DNA of 64,000 nucleotides, from positions 11,897 through 75,896 of the IMG/VR virus record IMGVR_UViG_3300036766_000032; one strand, written 5' to 3'. The translations under genes were made by a program, and so were the position numbers. The notes under the pieces were generated by a model that worked only from the letters and a program-made list of their open reading frames with translations, made no database searches and was not told the origin of the DNA. Positions 17,102 through 25,996 of the stretch are shown piece by piece. Every line of letters starts with the position of its first letter. Position 1 is the first letter of the stretch. The DNA is from a virus.

Positions 17102-17731
17102 CTAGCCTATGGTGTAATAGTAAATGTAACGGGTGTCGCCGGACGTGTTGTAGATCCGTTGATTTTCTCCATCGTAAATGAGACTGACGCATAGTTGTGA
17201 ACTTGAAATTGATGCTACGCGCCACCCCCACGAGAAAGTGTACAGCTCCAACCTTAGTAAATTATTTGGATCTAGAAGCATGATCAATCCCGGTGGGATG
17301 GCGTCCTGCGGTAAGTAGTCATTCCCTCCGATTGTGGTCACGCCCGCATGTCCTACCCCCTTGTAGATCTTCGCATTCCGGATAGTGTTAGCTAGAATGG
17401 AGGTCGTGTTTACCTGTCCTCCATCTCCTCCGGCGTGGTCATGACTGCTACCATTAGTGACCAGACCTGCGGAGATCGCTGCCGACACTTTGGCTAGCGA
17501 CACGGCGAGTGCGCCAATCTTCGCAGTCGTAATGTCCGCATTGCGAATGTTCGCAGTCGCGACCGCCTGCGCACTCGCTACCTGATTCAGCGCCGCCGTC
17601 TGGAAGCGGGGAGCTCCCGCAGCGCCTTCTGCAATCGCGAGCGGGTTGTCACGGAGTCGCTTCTTCAACGAGTACACAATAGGACTCTCTGCGTCTACTT
17701 CCGTGCTTGCGATGGTTGTGAATATGGTCAT
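17102..17731 (-). CDS. Short tail fibre / receptor-binding paralog 2
   Basis: Same N-terminal module and HxH motif. Confidence 0.7.
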   Translation of the reverse strand: MTIFTTIASTEVDAESPIVYSLKKRLRDNPLAIAEGAAGAPRFQTAALNQVASAQAVATANIRNADITTAKIGALAVSLAKVSAAISAGLVTNGSSHDHAGGDGGQVNTTSILANTIRNAKIYKGVGHAGVTTIGGNDYLPQDAIPPGLIMLLDPNNLLRLELYTFSWGWRVASISSSQLCVSLIYDGENQRIYNTSGDTRYIYYYTIG

Positions 17732-18394
17732 CTAGTAGTCCCACTTCTGGTAATAGACATACCTGGTCGGTCCGGTAAAGTTATTGTTGTACACGTACGT
17801 GTAGAGTCCATCGAACCAGAATAGACCATTGGTCCACGCATTTATAGAGCTGAACGGTTGTCCTGGAAAGATCATAATCAGCACTACATTATCACTGACC
17901 GTGTTCCAATCCATAACGATGTTGTAGAATCCTTGTGCGGGGGTATATGCGGTGTTGGGTGGCAGGGTCCACCGACCGTTAATAACATTACCGTTCCGGT
18001 CCTGCATCAAATTAGGGTAGACCTTCGCTCCTCGAAACGCGTCCGCTGCGAAAGCTGCGTTTCCCAGCGGATCCCCACCACCCGCTCCTAGATATGATGC
18101 ATGATTGTGTGCGTCCCCGTTAGGAACCAGTTTCTGCTGTCCCGATGCGTCCAGCTTGTTCACGGCGAGCGTAGCGTTCGAGATCTTGGCAGTGGTGAAG
18201 CACCCGTCGCGCATAGTCGCCGTTGTCACCGCTGCGCTCGCTCCCGTCTGAAGCCCTCCCGACAACACCTTCGGCGCGCCTGCCGCGCCCTCCGTCATCG
18301 CGATCGGATTGTTCGCGAGTCGTTGATAGAGCGACTCCTTCAGACAGGACTCCGGGGACACTTCCGAATCTGAAATAGTTGTGTAGGCGGTCAT
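17732..18394 (-). CDS. Short tail fibre / receptor-binding paralog 1
   Basis: Same N-terminal module and HxH motif. Confidence 0.7.
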   Translation of the reverse strand: MTAYTTISDSEVSPESCLKESLYQRLANNPIAMTEGAAGAPKVLSGGLQTGASAAVTTATMRDGCFTTAKISNATLAVNKLDASGQQKLVPNGDAHNHASYLGAGGGDPLGNAAFAADAFRGAKVYPNLMQDRNGNVINGRWTLPPNTAYTPAQGFYNIVMDWNTVSDNVVLIMIFPGQPFSSINAWTNGLFWFDGLYTYVYNNNFTGPTRYVYYQKWDY

Positions 18395-18407
18395 GTGTCT
18401 CTCTCAC

Positions 18408-20723
18408 TCATGTAATCTTGTAGCACGTTGCATCGTCAGAGAACACCCCAGACTCGGGACTGATCCATGAATATTGCGCTTTAAGCGCGTCGGACGCACC
18501 GACTTCCGTAGCGGACTCCAGCATCAGAAAGAATCCAGTCTCCAAAATAATGAACGCTCCCGACTCCATGAGTAGGTAGTCGGAACTGTAGTTCGGAAGC
18601 GTCACTAAGTAAACACTCGTCCCGTCCGGAGTTACGGCCCACGGAGTGATCACTGCTGCAACGCGCGTCGCCCCCGTGTACGCGATCACTTCGTTGGTCT
18701 GCCCAGCTCCAGTGCCGGAAACGATTCGGACGACGTGGCCAACGTACACCCCATCTTCGCTAGATGCGCTGGATGCGAACGTAATCGTGTCAGGGGTAGC
18801 AGCGACTACCAGCGCGGTATCGTCGAACCCGATGACGCCGTACTTGCCGGTGAACGCGTACTCCTGCGCTAGATACTCCACCGTCGAACCGACCATCGTC
18901 TCTTTAGTTTCAAGAATGACGACGTCCATCAACAGATTTGACCCGTCGAAGTTCTGAATAGACTGAGTATCTAGCGTGTAGTATTCCCCAGTCTCGACGG
19001 AGTCCTTCGCGTCCAGACTGAATTGGATAACGCGCGGGTTGTCTTTGAACAATGTTAGCGTTCGACCTGCTAACTGGATCGACAGTGCCGCCGACGGGAT
19101 CCAACGGCTGCGAATAATGCGCGCCTTGGTCTCGTCGTACTTATCTATTCCCTCCGCGTCTACGTCGAGCTGAATATACAGGTACTGATAGTTCCACGCC
19201 TCCTTCTCAGTCCAGTCGTCCGGAGCGTACCACACCCACACCTGTGTCACGCGTTGCGCGGGGTCGTCCTTGACTGCCACCGTGTCCGCGAGCAGGTTGT
19301 TCTGGTCCGTTAGTGTTCCAACAGACTGATTCGGAGAGACAGCCTTTATTCGAACCACGGTCGCCAGTTCATCCCACCAGATAGAGAACAGGCAGTTCTC
19401 CACGAGCTCTTCTATCAGCGTGCGCACCCCGACAGGTTCCGACAACACCGAAGTTAGATTGACGGAATTCAACCATGCGACTTTCTCTGCGGTCCACCCG
19501 GTCAAGTCTAACCACACTGTAGCGAGCCCGGCGTTCCGTGTGAATCCCGGCGTCGTCTGATACGCAACGTCCAGAAGTTGCTGGAGGATCGTTACTACAT
19601 TCACCTCGTCCCACACCATACAGAACTGGATGTTGTCTCCTATCTTGTGCGCGTCTGCTGTAGTCCCTTTCTGTGCGCGCGCGGAGATTGTAATCGAAGA
19701 CACCGTGCGTGCTGAGTAAGCGAAGATCTCCCGCCCGAAGCGAGCGAAGCCGGACGTTGCGAACTTGGAGGTTTCCAGGTCCAACACTGCGACGGTGCCA
19801 ATCTGTATGTCTGTCAGGACTGCGTTAAGAGTCGCGATCGTCGGCTCCGGCACTTGCGATCGGTCGTCGTCGGCGAACTTCAATACGTCCTTGGCTGTTA
19901 TGGTGACATTCCCCGCCCGGTCGGGTCCATCGATCCGTTCTATGATGTACGTTCGAGTCTGGAAGTTGGCCGCGTCGTATGCTCCCGTCTCTGTCAGATA
20001 CCCGGTGTAGAGAACGAGTTCGCGTCCTTGGTAGTATTTGTTGCGCGTCAGGAACTTCCCCCAGAACGTTCCCTGCTCTTCCGGCGTGTACTGCCGGTTC
20101 GCTGTGTAGAGGTCTGTTCCCCGGTCGTGGTGCGCGAAGTCCTTCAGTCGTACCTGGATCGCAGCGCGATAGCCGAGCCCGACACCGAGTCCCATCCTGG
20201 TGGGCGCGCGCTCAATCCCCATAAGACACGGGGACACGAGCGCGACGTTTGGGACACTCCAGAGAGACTTCGGGAAGTCCGATGACAGTGTGGTGAAAAG
20301 GTAATTATGGGAGGTTCGGCTAGGAGCGTAGTTGGTAGAGTTCTGGCACGTTGCTCGCGTGTTGTAACACGCCGCCGTTCGGTTCACGATCACGTACTGA
20401 CTCGTCGCATCCGGGACGATAGTCCAGGTTCCCCGGATAGTGGCAACGCGCGTTCCGCCAACATAGCCGGTGATGGTCTTCTCCTGTCCGGTGCCGGTGC
20501 CTGCGTAAATCGAGACGGTGTGGCTGTTGTAGACTCCCGTCAGGCCGGAAGCGGTTGCATCGAGAGTGATCGTGTTCGAGGAGCCCGCTGTCGCCGTGCC
20601 AGAGGACGCTCTCCCCGCTGTGCATGGGCTGACTCCATACGCATTCGAACACCAGTCCAGCTTGAGCCGGATCATCTCGAATGGTCGGCGCCCTATCCTC
20701 TTCTTTTCGGCGGTGTACGTCAT
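18408..20723 (-). CDS. Tail tip / baseplate hub protein
   Basis: Second gene after tape measure; C...YG..PC...CYNT..TC N-terminus, GTFWGK. Confidence 0.75.
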   Translation of the reverse strand: MTYTAEKKRIGRRPFEMIRLKLDWCSNAYGVSPCTAGRASSGTATAGSSNTITLDATASGLTGVYNSHTVSIYAGTGTGQEKTITGYVGGTRVATIRGTWTIVPDATSQYVIVNRTAACYNTRATCQNSTNYAPSRTSHNYLFTTLSSDFPKSLWSVPNVALVSPCLMGIERAPTRMGLGVGLGYRAAIQVRLKDFAHHDRGTDLYTANRQYTPEEQGTFWGKFLTRNKYYQGRELVLYTGYLTETGAYDAANFQTRTYIIERIDGPDRAGNVTITAKDVLKFADDDRSQVPEPTIATLNAVLTDIQIGTVAVLDLETSKFATSGFARFGREIFAYSARTVSSITISARAQKGTTADAHKIGDNIQFCMVWDEVNVVTILQQLLDVAYQTTPGFTRNAGLATVWLDLTGWTAEKVAWLNSVNLTSVLSEPVGVRTLIEELVENCLFSIWWDELATVVRIKAVSPNQSVGTLTDQNNLLADTVAVKDDPAQRVTQVWVWYAPDDWTEKEAWNYQYLYIQLDVDAEGIDKYDETKARIIRSRWIPSAALSIQLAGRTLTLFKDNPRVIQFSLDAKDSVETGEYYTLDTQSIQNFDGSNLLMDVVILETKETMVGSTVEYLAQEYAFTGKYGVIGFDDTALVVAATPDTITFASSASSEDGVYVGHVVRIVSGTGAGQTNEVIAYTGATRVAAVITPWAVTPDGTSVYLVTLPNYSSDYLLMESGAFIILETGFFLMLESATEVGASDALKAQYSWISPESGVFSDDATCYKIT

Positions 20724-20724
20724 G

Positions 20725-21486
20725 TCAGTCTCGAATACCTCGGATACTTACACCGACGTCCAGAAGACTGGCCGAGCTGTACGCAGCCGGACGCGGGTTC
20801 CCCTCCATCCACGCCAAGATAGCGTCGTCGCTGTAAGCCGGGTTCCACGCGAAGAACCACGGTCTAAGCTTGGCATGCTCGACGAACGTACGCCACGCAC
20901 CGCGTACGAACGTAAGCGTTTGAAGAGTGAATACCAAGTCCGTCGCTACACCCTGCCGAATCACGGAGCGACCCAGGAATTGTCCACCCTCCGAGACCTG
21001 ATTGACGTACTTGTCGTCGTGCGCCTCATGTGGGAGTATGAAGCCGGAACCCACCGCGCGATCCAACTCCAACGCTTGACCGATGAACGCCAGTCCGATG
21101 AACGGTGCACTGCCTGTGGACGTGATGACGAGACGCCAGTAACGATACGAGGCGGAAGTGAATGTGACGAACATCGGAGCGTTGGTAGTGGGAGTCTTCA
21201 GCACCGACGCGTCGGTCCACGACGACCCATTCGAACTGTACTGAACCTTGACCGTACCACTGACGTCCGCGAGCGTGTGCGCTACTAGCGCGAAGTAGTC
21301 TGCGACGTCCGCCGAACCGCGATCCACCGTGAGATAGGCGGTGCCTGCTGCCGTTGGCGACCACCCGTCTACTGTGTTCCAGTCGTAAGCGTTCTCCTTC
21401 GGGAACCCCGATGCTTCACTGGACGCGGTGACTACGCTTCCACTCAGCGCGAAGAAGTTCTCATACCCGATGCGGGGTGCGCCCAT
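20725..21486 (-). CDS. Distal tail protein
   Basis: Directly after tape measure; discoidin-like YRYWRL segment. Confidence 0.7.
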   Translation of the reverse strand: MGAPRIGYENFFALSGSVVTASSEASGFPKENAYDWNTVDGWSPTAAGTAYLTVDRGSADVADYFALVAHTLADVSGTVKVQYSSNGSSWTDASVLKTPTTNAPMFVTFTSASYRYWRLVITSTGSAPFIGLAFIGQALELDRAVGSGFILPHEAHDDKYVNQVSEGGQFLGRSVIRQGVATDLVFTLQTLTFVRGAWRTFVEHAKLRPWFFAWNPAYSDDAILAWMEGNPRPAAYSSASLLDVGVSIRGIRD

Positions 21487-21496
21487 CGTTATATCC

Positions 21497-23905
21497 TCAC
21501 GTGACTCTAATTCCAGTGATATTCATATCCCCGGCCTCATCCCGCAGACGCTCGAACAGCCGCCTCACCGCGCTCTTGCTGATTAAGTCGTCTCCGGAGC
21601 CTAGGTTGATCGACACCCGCGCACCCCGTGGAGCACCCAGCACGGGCGTCGCCGGTAGACTGGGTGCCGACGGCTGTGCAGTTACGGGGGGTGGAGCTCC
21701 GCCCCCTGCACCACCTCTGCCGCCGCCACCTCCCGCACCACCACCACCCGCCGCAGCGCCGCCCCCACCCCCACCCCCGCCGCCTCCACCGCCTCCATAC
21801 GAGGTAGACCGGATCTTCTGCACGCGGGCCATACCGGCTGCGGTCGCCGTAGCGGCTGCCACTGCACCGAGCGCGTATCCGACGTAGGGAATGCCCGCTA
21901 GCGATTTGAACGCTGCCTGCGCGCTCGCAATTGTATCAATGACGGCTTGCGCTATTGCGATCTTCTTGCCGATCTCGAATTGCTTCTTACCCCCACTCAT
22001 CAGAACACTGGCGATGTTCCCCATCATCTGACTGACGACCTGTGCTTTCCCCTCCCACCCGGACTCCCAGAGGGCGTACTCCGCCGATTGACCCGCGTTA
22101 GTAATTGCTTGCGAGTCCGCACTGTATTGCTGTTGGAGCGCTAGCATGTCTTGGTTCTGCTGTTCCGTGCTCGCTTGGATCGCTCCGTGATACGTCGTCA
22201 ACGCTTGAGCTTTCAGTGCGTAGCTAGCGTCGAGTTCCGCTTGCTGAGAAATCGCACCCTCCGATAACGAGGCACCTTGCGCTGCGATGGAGCTGGTCAA
22301 CCCTACCCCTTGAGAGTCGAGGTGTGCGTTGACCTTTGCTGTGTACTCCTCCCAGGATATGTTTCGCATTTGAAGCTGCTTGGTCAACTCGACTGTGTAG
22401 TCCTGCTCTTCGGTCAAACTCTTGTCAGTGTTTGGCATCGGACCCGGTGCTCCTGCGACTGGAGCCTCGAGCACGGGTAATAGTTGATTAGGATTCGGCA
22501 TTCCTTTCTCAACCATCTTGTTCTGAATCCTGAGAAATTGCAGAGCAGATAGAACTCCACTATCCATGGCCTTCTGTGCCAGATCTAATTCCTGAGCGAA
22601 CAGTTCGGCCGGTGTCTTCAGATCCTCTAACGCTTTCTTAGCGTAGTCGAACACTGTCAGATCTTCCTGGCTGAGGGGTTTGTTCATTTTTCCCCACGCT
22701 ACGGATACCTTGGCGGCTCCTTCTGCACCAACAGTAGCCATGTCGCGAAGCTTGTCAGTTAACTCTACGAGCTTGGTTTTTGTGTTGTCGAGACTCTTCC
22801 CGAAGTCTCCCCAAAATTTAGGGTCTACCTTCGCGGCGATCAGGCCGTCCTGTTGCTTCTTCATAGTCTTTAGGGATGCTTCGGTTTTAAGAATCTCTTC
22901 TTGAAGTTTCCCATAGGGTGCGTTAGCCAATAGGTCAACCCCATTCATCTTCATAGCTAAGATGAGTCGATTGACGTCATCCAGTTTAGAAGGATCTATG
23001 TCGGAGACATTAAATCCATATGCCTTAATGATAGCGGCGTTCGTTTCAATGACAGATGAGAACTTCTCTTGTGCTGTGCTGTTCTCTTTTGACATTGATA
23101 TGAAGTTTCGCAGAGCGTTGGTGCCCTCCACGATTGCACCCGCGAACGTAGCCACGACGGAGGCGGCGGCAGCTTTCACGGTTCCCTCCAGCCGCGTGAA
23201 CGCGTCATTAGCTTCTTGAAGCTTCGCTAAATCGGTAGCAGAAATCTTCTGACCCATCTCGTCTATGTCAGACGTGATCTTTTTAAATCCAGAGGAACCG
23301 GATTCGATAATCCCCGCGAGCTCCTTAGCTCCTCTACCGAACACTTCCGTAGCTGCACTGGTCTTTGCTGCTTGAGTCCCCAGTTTATTGATCGCATCAG
23401 CGGCTACAAAGAACGCTTCTTCCGGCTTAAGTGTAGACAGATAGTCAACACTCAGGCCAAGATCCTGAAACTTCTTAGTCGCCTCGACTCCTCCAGATGC
23501 TGCATTGCCTAGTGTACGGTTGAAGATTGACATGGCCGAAGTCAAGTCCCCGGCGGACGCCCCGTTCAATTCGGCCATCTGGTTCAGTGCTTGAAGAGCG
23601 TCGGTAGTCACGCCCACCGAGCGCGCTGCATTGACCAAGGCGTCCCCGGATGCGATGACTTCCTTGGTGAAGTTGGCGATGTACGCCACCCCCGCCACGG
23701 CGAACGCCGTCTGGATTGCTCCCTTGACTCCGGAGATCGCCCCCGTAATGGTGTCCAGGGACTTCCCTAGACTCTTCCCGAGTCCATCTCCCATGCCCTT
23801 ACCGGCTTTCTCGGCCTCCTTCGAAGCAGCTTGGAATCCCTTCTTCAGATCCCCGAGGTCAGCCGTCAGGCGGTAGATTAAAGTTTCAACGTCTTCACTA
23901 GCCAT
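21497..23905 (-). CDS. Tape measure protein
   Basis: Long helical Ala-rich ORF after the chaperones; hydrophobic C-terminal segment and poly-Gly tract. Confidence 0.92.
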   Translation of the reverse strand: MASEDVETLIYRLTADLGDLKKGFQAASKEAEKAGKGMGDGLGKSLGKSLDTITGAISGVKGAIQTAFAVAGVAYIANFTKEVIASGDALVNAARSVGVTTDALQALNQMAELNGASAGDLTSAMSIFNRTLGNAASGGVEATKKFQDLGLSVDYLSTLKPEEAFFVAADAINKLGTQAAKTSAATEVFGRGAKELAGIIESGSSGFKKITSDIDEMGQKISATDLAKLQEANDAFTRLEGTVKAAAASVVATFAGAIVEGTNALRNFISMSKENSTAQEKFSSVIETNAAIIKAYGFNVSDIDPSKLDDVNRLILAMKMNGVDLLANAPYGKLQEEILKTEASLKTMKKQQDGLIAAKVDPKFWGDFGKSLDNTKTKLVELTDKLRDMATVGAEGAAKVSVAWGKMNKPLSQEDLTVFDYAKKALEDLKTPAELFAQELDLAQKAMDSGVLSALQFLRIQNKMVEKGMPNPNQLLPVLEAPVAGAPGPMPNTDKSLTEEQDYTVELTKQLQMRNISWEEYTAKVNAHLDSQGVGLTSSIAAQGASLSEGAISQQAELDASYALKAQALTTYHGAIQASTEQQNQDMLALQQQYSADSQAITNAGQSAEYALWESGWEGKAQVVSQMMGNIASVLMSGGKKQFEIGKKIAIAQAVIDTIASAQAAFKSLAGIPYVGYALGAVAAATATAAGMARVQKIRSTSYGGGGGGGGGGGGGAAAGGGGAGGGGGRGGAGGGAPPPVTAQPSAPSLPATPVLGAPRGARVSINLGSGDDLISKSAVRRLFERLRDEAGDMNITGIRVT

Positions 23906-23908
23906 ATC

Positions 23909-24082
23909 CTAACCCTCGTCCGGGAACTTGTCCATCAGGTCTTGGAACTCATTCGGGGTCATCCCCTCTTCTTTCTTCGGATACTGCGACGAGTGCCCGC
24001 GCGCGGCTGCGAATGTCTCGAATGACGTAGACCTCCAGAATACTTCCGGGGTCCATTTGAGCACTCCGAGCGCGAACTCCAT
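23909..24082 (-). CDS. Tail assembly chaperone C-terminal extension (gpT-like), absent from the ORF track
   Basis: MEFALGVLKWTPEVFWRST...LMDKFPD, GTA-type motif; in the -1 frame of the upstream gene. Confidence 0.85.
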   Translation of the reverse strand: MEFALGVLKWTPEVFWRSTSFETFAAARGHSSQYPKKEEGMTPNEFQDLMDKFPDEG

Positions 24083-24090
24083 GTCCCGTT

Positions 24091-24498
24091 CTACCCAGTG
24101 GCGTCCGTCGTCTGGGTTGGGACGTTTCCCGATTCACCTTCCGGCTTGGCTACGGGGGGAACGTCCGGGTCGATCCCTAATGCGCCGATCAAGAATCGAG
24201 CTAGAGTGTTCTTGCTGTCGCCGTGAGTCAGCGTCTTAATGATACCACTAGCGAAGATCTTATCACCCATCTGCTCCAGAGTGAGATCGAGCTTCGGATT
24301 AGCTGCGCTTGCCCCTGCCCAGACGATGGTTGTCATCTCGAATAGCGTCAGGCCGCGCGTACGCGTGGATACGACCAAGTCCCCCAAAGTTCGATCTAAC
24401 CGGGCTTCGATCTCAACGACTGCCGTGTATGTCGGGCGGAGCGTGAACTTCTCCGACCCGACTTCGATTTCTACTTCACCTCTGAACTTGTTTGCCAC
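24091..24498 (-). CDS. Tail assembly chaperone (GTA gp10-like)
   Basis: MAN..RGEV.I......LRPT..A..EIE; GGAGG RBS before GTG. Confidence 0.85.
   Translation of the reverse strand: MANKFRGEVEIEVGSEKFTLRPTYTAVVEIEARLDRTLGDLVVSTRTRGLTLFEMTTIVWAGASAANPKLDLTLEQMGDKIFASGIIKTLTHGDSKNTLARFLIGALGIDPDVPPVAKPEGESGNVPTQTTDATG
24124..24130 (-). promoter_or_regulatory. -1 programmed frameshift slippery heptamer G GGA AAC
   Basis: Correct X XXY YYZ phase; the -1 frame reads GKRPNPDDGRHWVERD into MEFALG with no stop. Confidence 0.85.
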
Positions 24499-24517
24499 CT
24501 TCGCTACCTCCTGTTGA

Positions 24518-25942
24518 TTAAACAATTATGTCTGCGCACGCTAATCCATACCAAGGGAAAGAAGTGAGCGGTGTGAGACTTCCCGTGATGTCAGTGAACG
24601 TATTCCCATTATTAGTGGACCGAATCGTTTCTCCATTGAAGAACCGGATCACCCAAACCCCCCCCCTGTCGCACGCTACAGCAACGGGTAGATTGATCCC
24701 AGCCAGTGGGTAGAGGGGAACCGTTCCGGGGACACTACTCCCGATGTTCGTCCACGCACCCAATCCCACCTTCCTGACAATGACGAACGCGTCAACGGCT
24801 TCAGTCACGGCCCCGACGACGATCCACGTGTCTGTGGATACGCAGTAGTCCAACGACTGAAATTCAAATCCCAGTGTCCCGAGTCCTCCTCCCCAGAAAT
24901 CTCCGGCTGCGACGTAGTCCAGCGCATACGTTGCCCCATCATCGTCCGACCTCCAAATGGTAGCCCATCCAGCCACTGCATAAGTCACACCATTAGCGCT
25001 CAAGACGTCGGGGATAGTCAGGCCCCCGGGATATGGGAGAAAGAATGAGTTCTGACTCCACGAGTTACCGAAGTTGTCCGTGTAGTAAATGCCGTAGTCT
25101 GAACCAACAACCACTCTTCCGGTGTCCGTTCTAGCCAACCCGAACAGATCATAGAGAGCATCCGTACTAGTGAAGTTCGCCGAGATGTCCGTCCATGTGA
25201 GACCGTCATCGAGTGAGCGGGCTACGTACCCCGCAACGCTAACTATGAGCCACGAACCGAACCCGTTCGAGATCACGCTACTGACATACGCCGCCCCCGG
25301 TATCGCCGGAACTGCGATCATCGCCCACGTAATCCCTCCGTCCGTGGATCGAGCGACGAAGTTTCCCGCAGTGCCCGCGAGCCACGTTCCAGTGACCGGA
25401 TCTCGGTAGGGAATTCTACCGTTGAATGTGGGTCCACCGGGACCAGCTTGAAGAGTCCACGCCAATCCATTAGTTGATCTGTCTATCCGGTCAAAGTTCA
25501 ACGCAATCCATTCTTGTGTGTAAGCGACGCCCGGAATGGGGCCGGAGCGCGCGAATATAGACATCTGGGAACTGACTAACGCGAGCGTCCATCCCTCTTC
25601 GGCGACGTGCTCGCCCGGCTTCTCGATCGTAGCGACGAAGAAGTATCCGCTAACTACGTCCCCGTTCTCGAACATAACCCTGAACTCACCCCCCACGCCC
25701 GACATCGATAGCTCCTCGATGTACTTCTGCGCGGCTGCATTCTTAAACACGGCCGCTCCACTGATACTAAGCTGACGCGCTCCAGCGTCACTCAGCAAGT
25801 CCCGCCAAGGTGCCTCGTCACTGGAGGTGGTATCGACAGTATCGTTGTCCACGACGATGGTGCGGGTTCGTATACCGGCGATCGTGGTGTATACCCCGCC
25901 GAGTAAGACCTTTACCAACACGTTTCGTCCCTTTGCGGCCAT
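24518..25942 (-). CDS. Tail tube protein paralog fused to an Asp-box (BNR) beta-propeller
   Basis: First ~135 aa paralogous to 28242-28655; several RS.D.G.TW repeats. Confidence 0.85.
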   Translation of the reverse strand: MAAKGRNVLVKVLLGGVYTTIAGIRTRTIVVDNDTVDTTSSDEAPWRDLLSDAGARQLSISGAAVFKNAAAQKYIEELSMSGVGGEFRVMFENGDVVSGYFFVATIEKPGEHVAEEGWTLALVSSQMSIFARSGPIPGVAYTQEWIALNFDRIDRSTNGLAWTLQAGPGGPTFNGRIPYRDPVTGTWLAGTAGNFVARSTDGGITWAMIAVPAIPGAAYVSSVISNGFGSWLIVSVAGYVARSLDDGLTWTDISANFTSTDALYDLFGLARTDTGRVVVGSDYGIYYTDNFGNSWSQNSFFLPYPGGLTIPDVLSANGVTYAVAGWATIWRSDDDGATYALDYVAAGDFWGGGLGTLGFEFQSLDYCVSTDTWIVVGAVTEAVDAFVIVRKVGLGAWTNIGSSVPGTVPLYPLAGINLPVAVACDRGGVWVIRFFNGETIRSTNNGNTFTDITGSLTPLTSFPWYGLACADIIV

Positions 25943-25996
25943 CGTCAATCCTGTAGAGTCTTAAATGAAACACGTGGTTTGTTTGCCACCTGTTGA

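Noticed and set aside
16480-18394. Diversity-generating retroelement or shufflon acting on the fibre tips
   Set aside because: No reverse transcriptase, template/variable repeat pair, invertase or inverted sites seen in the window
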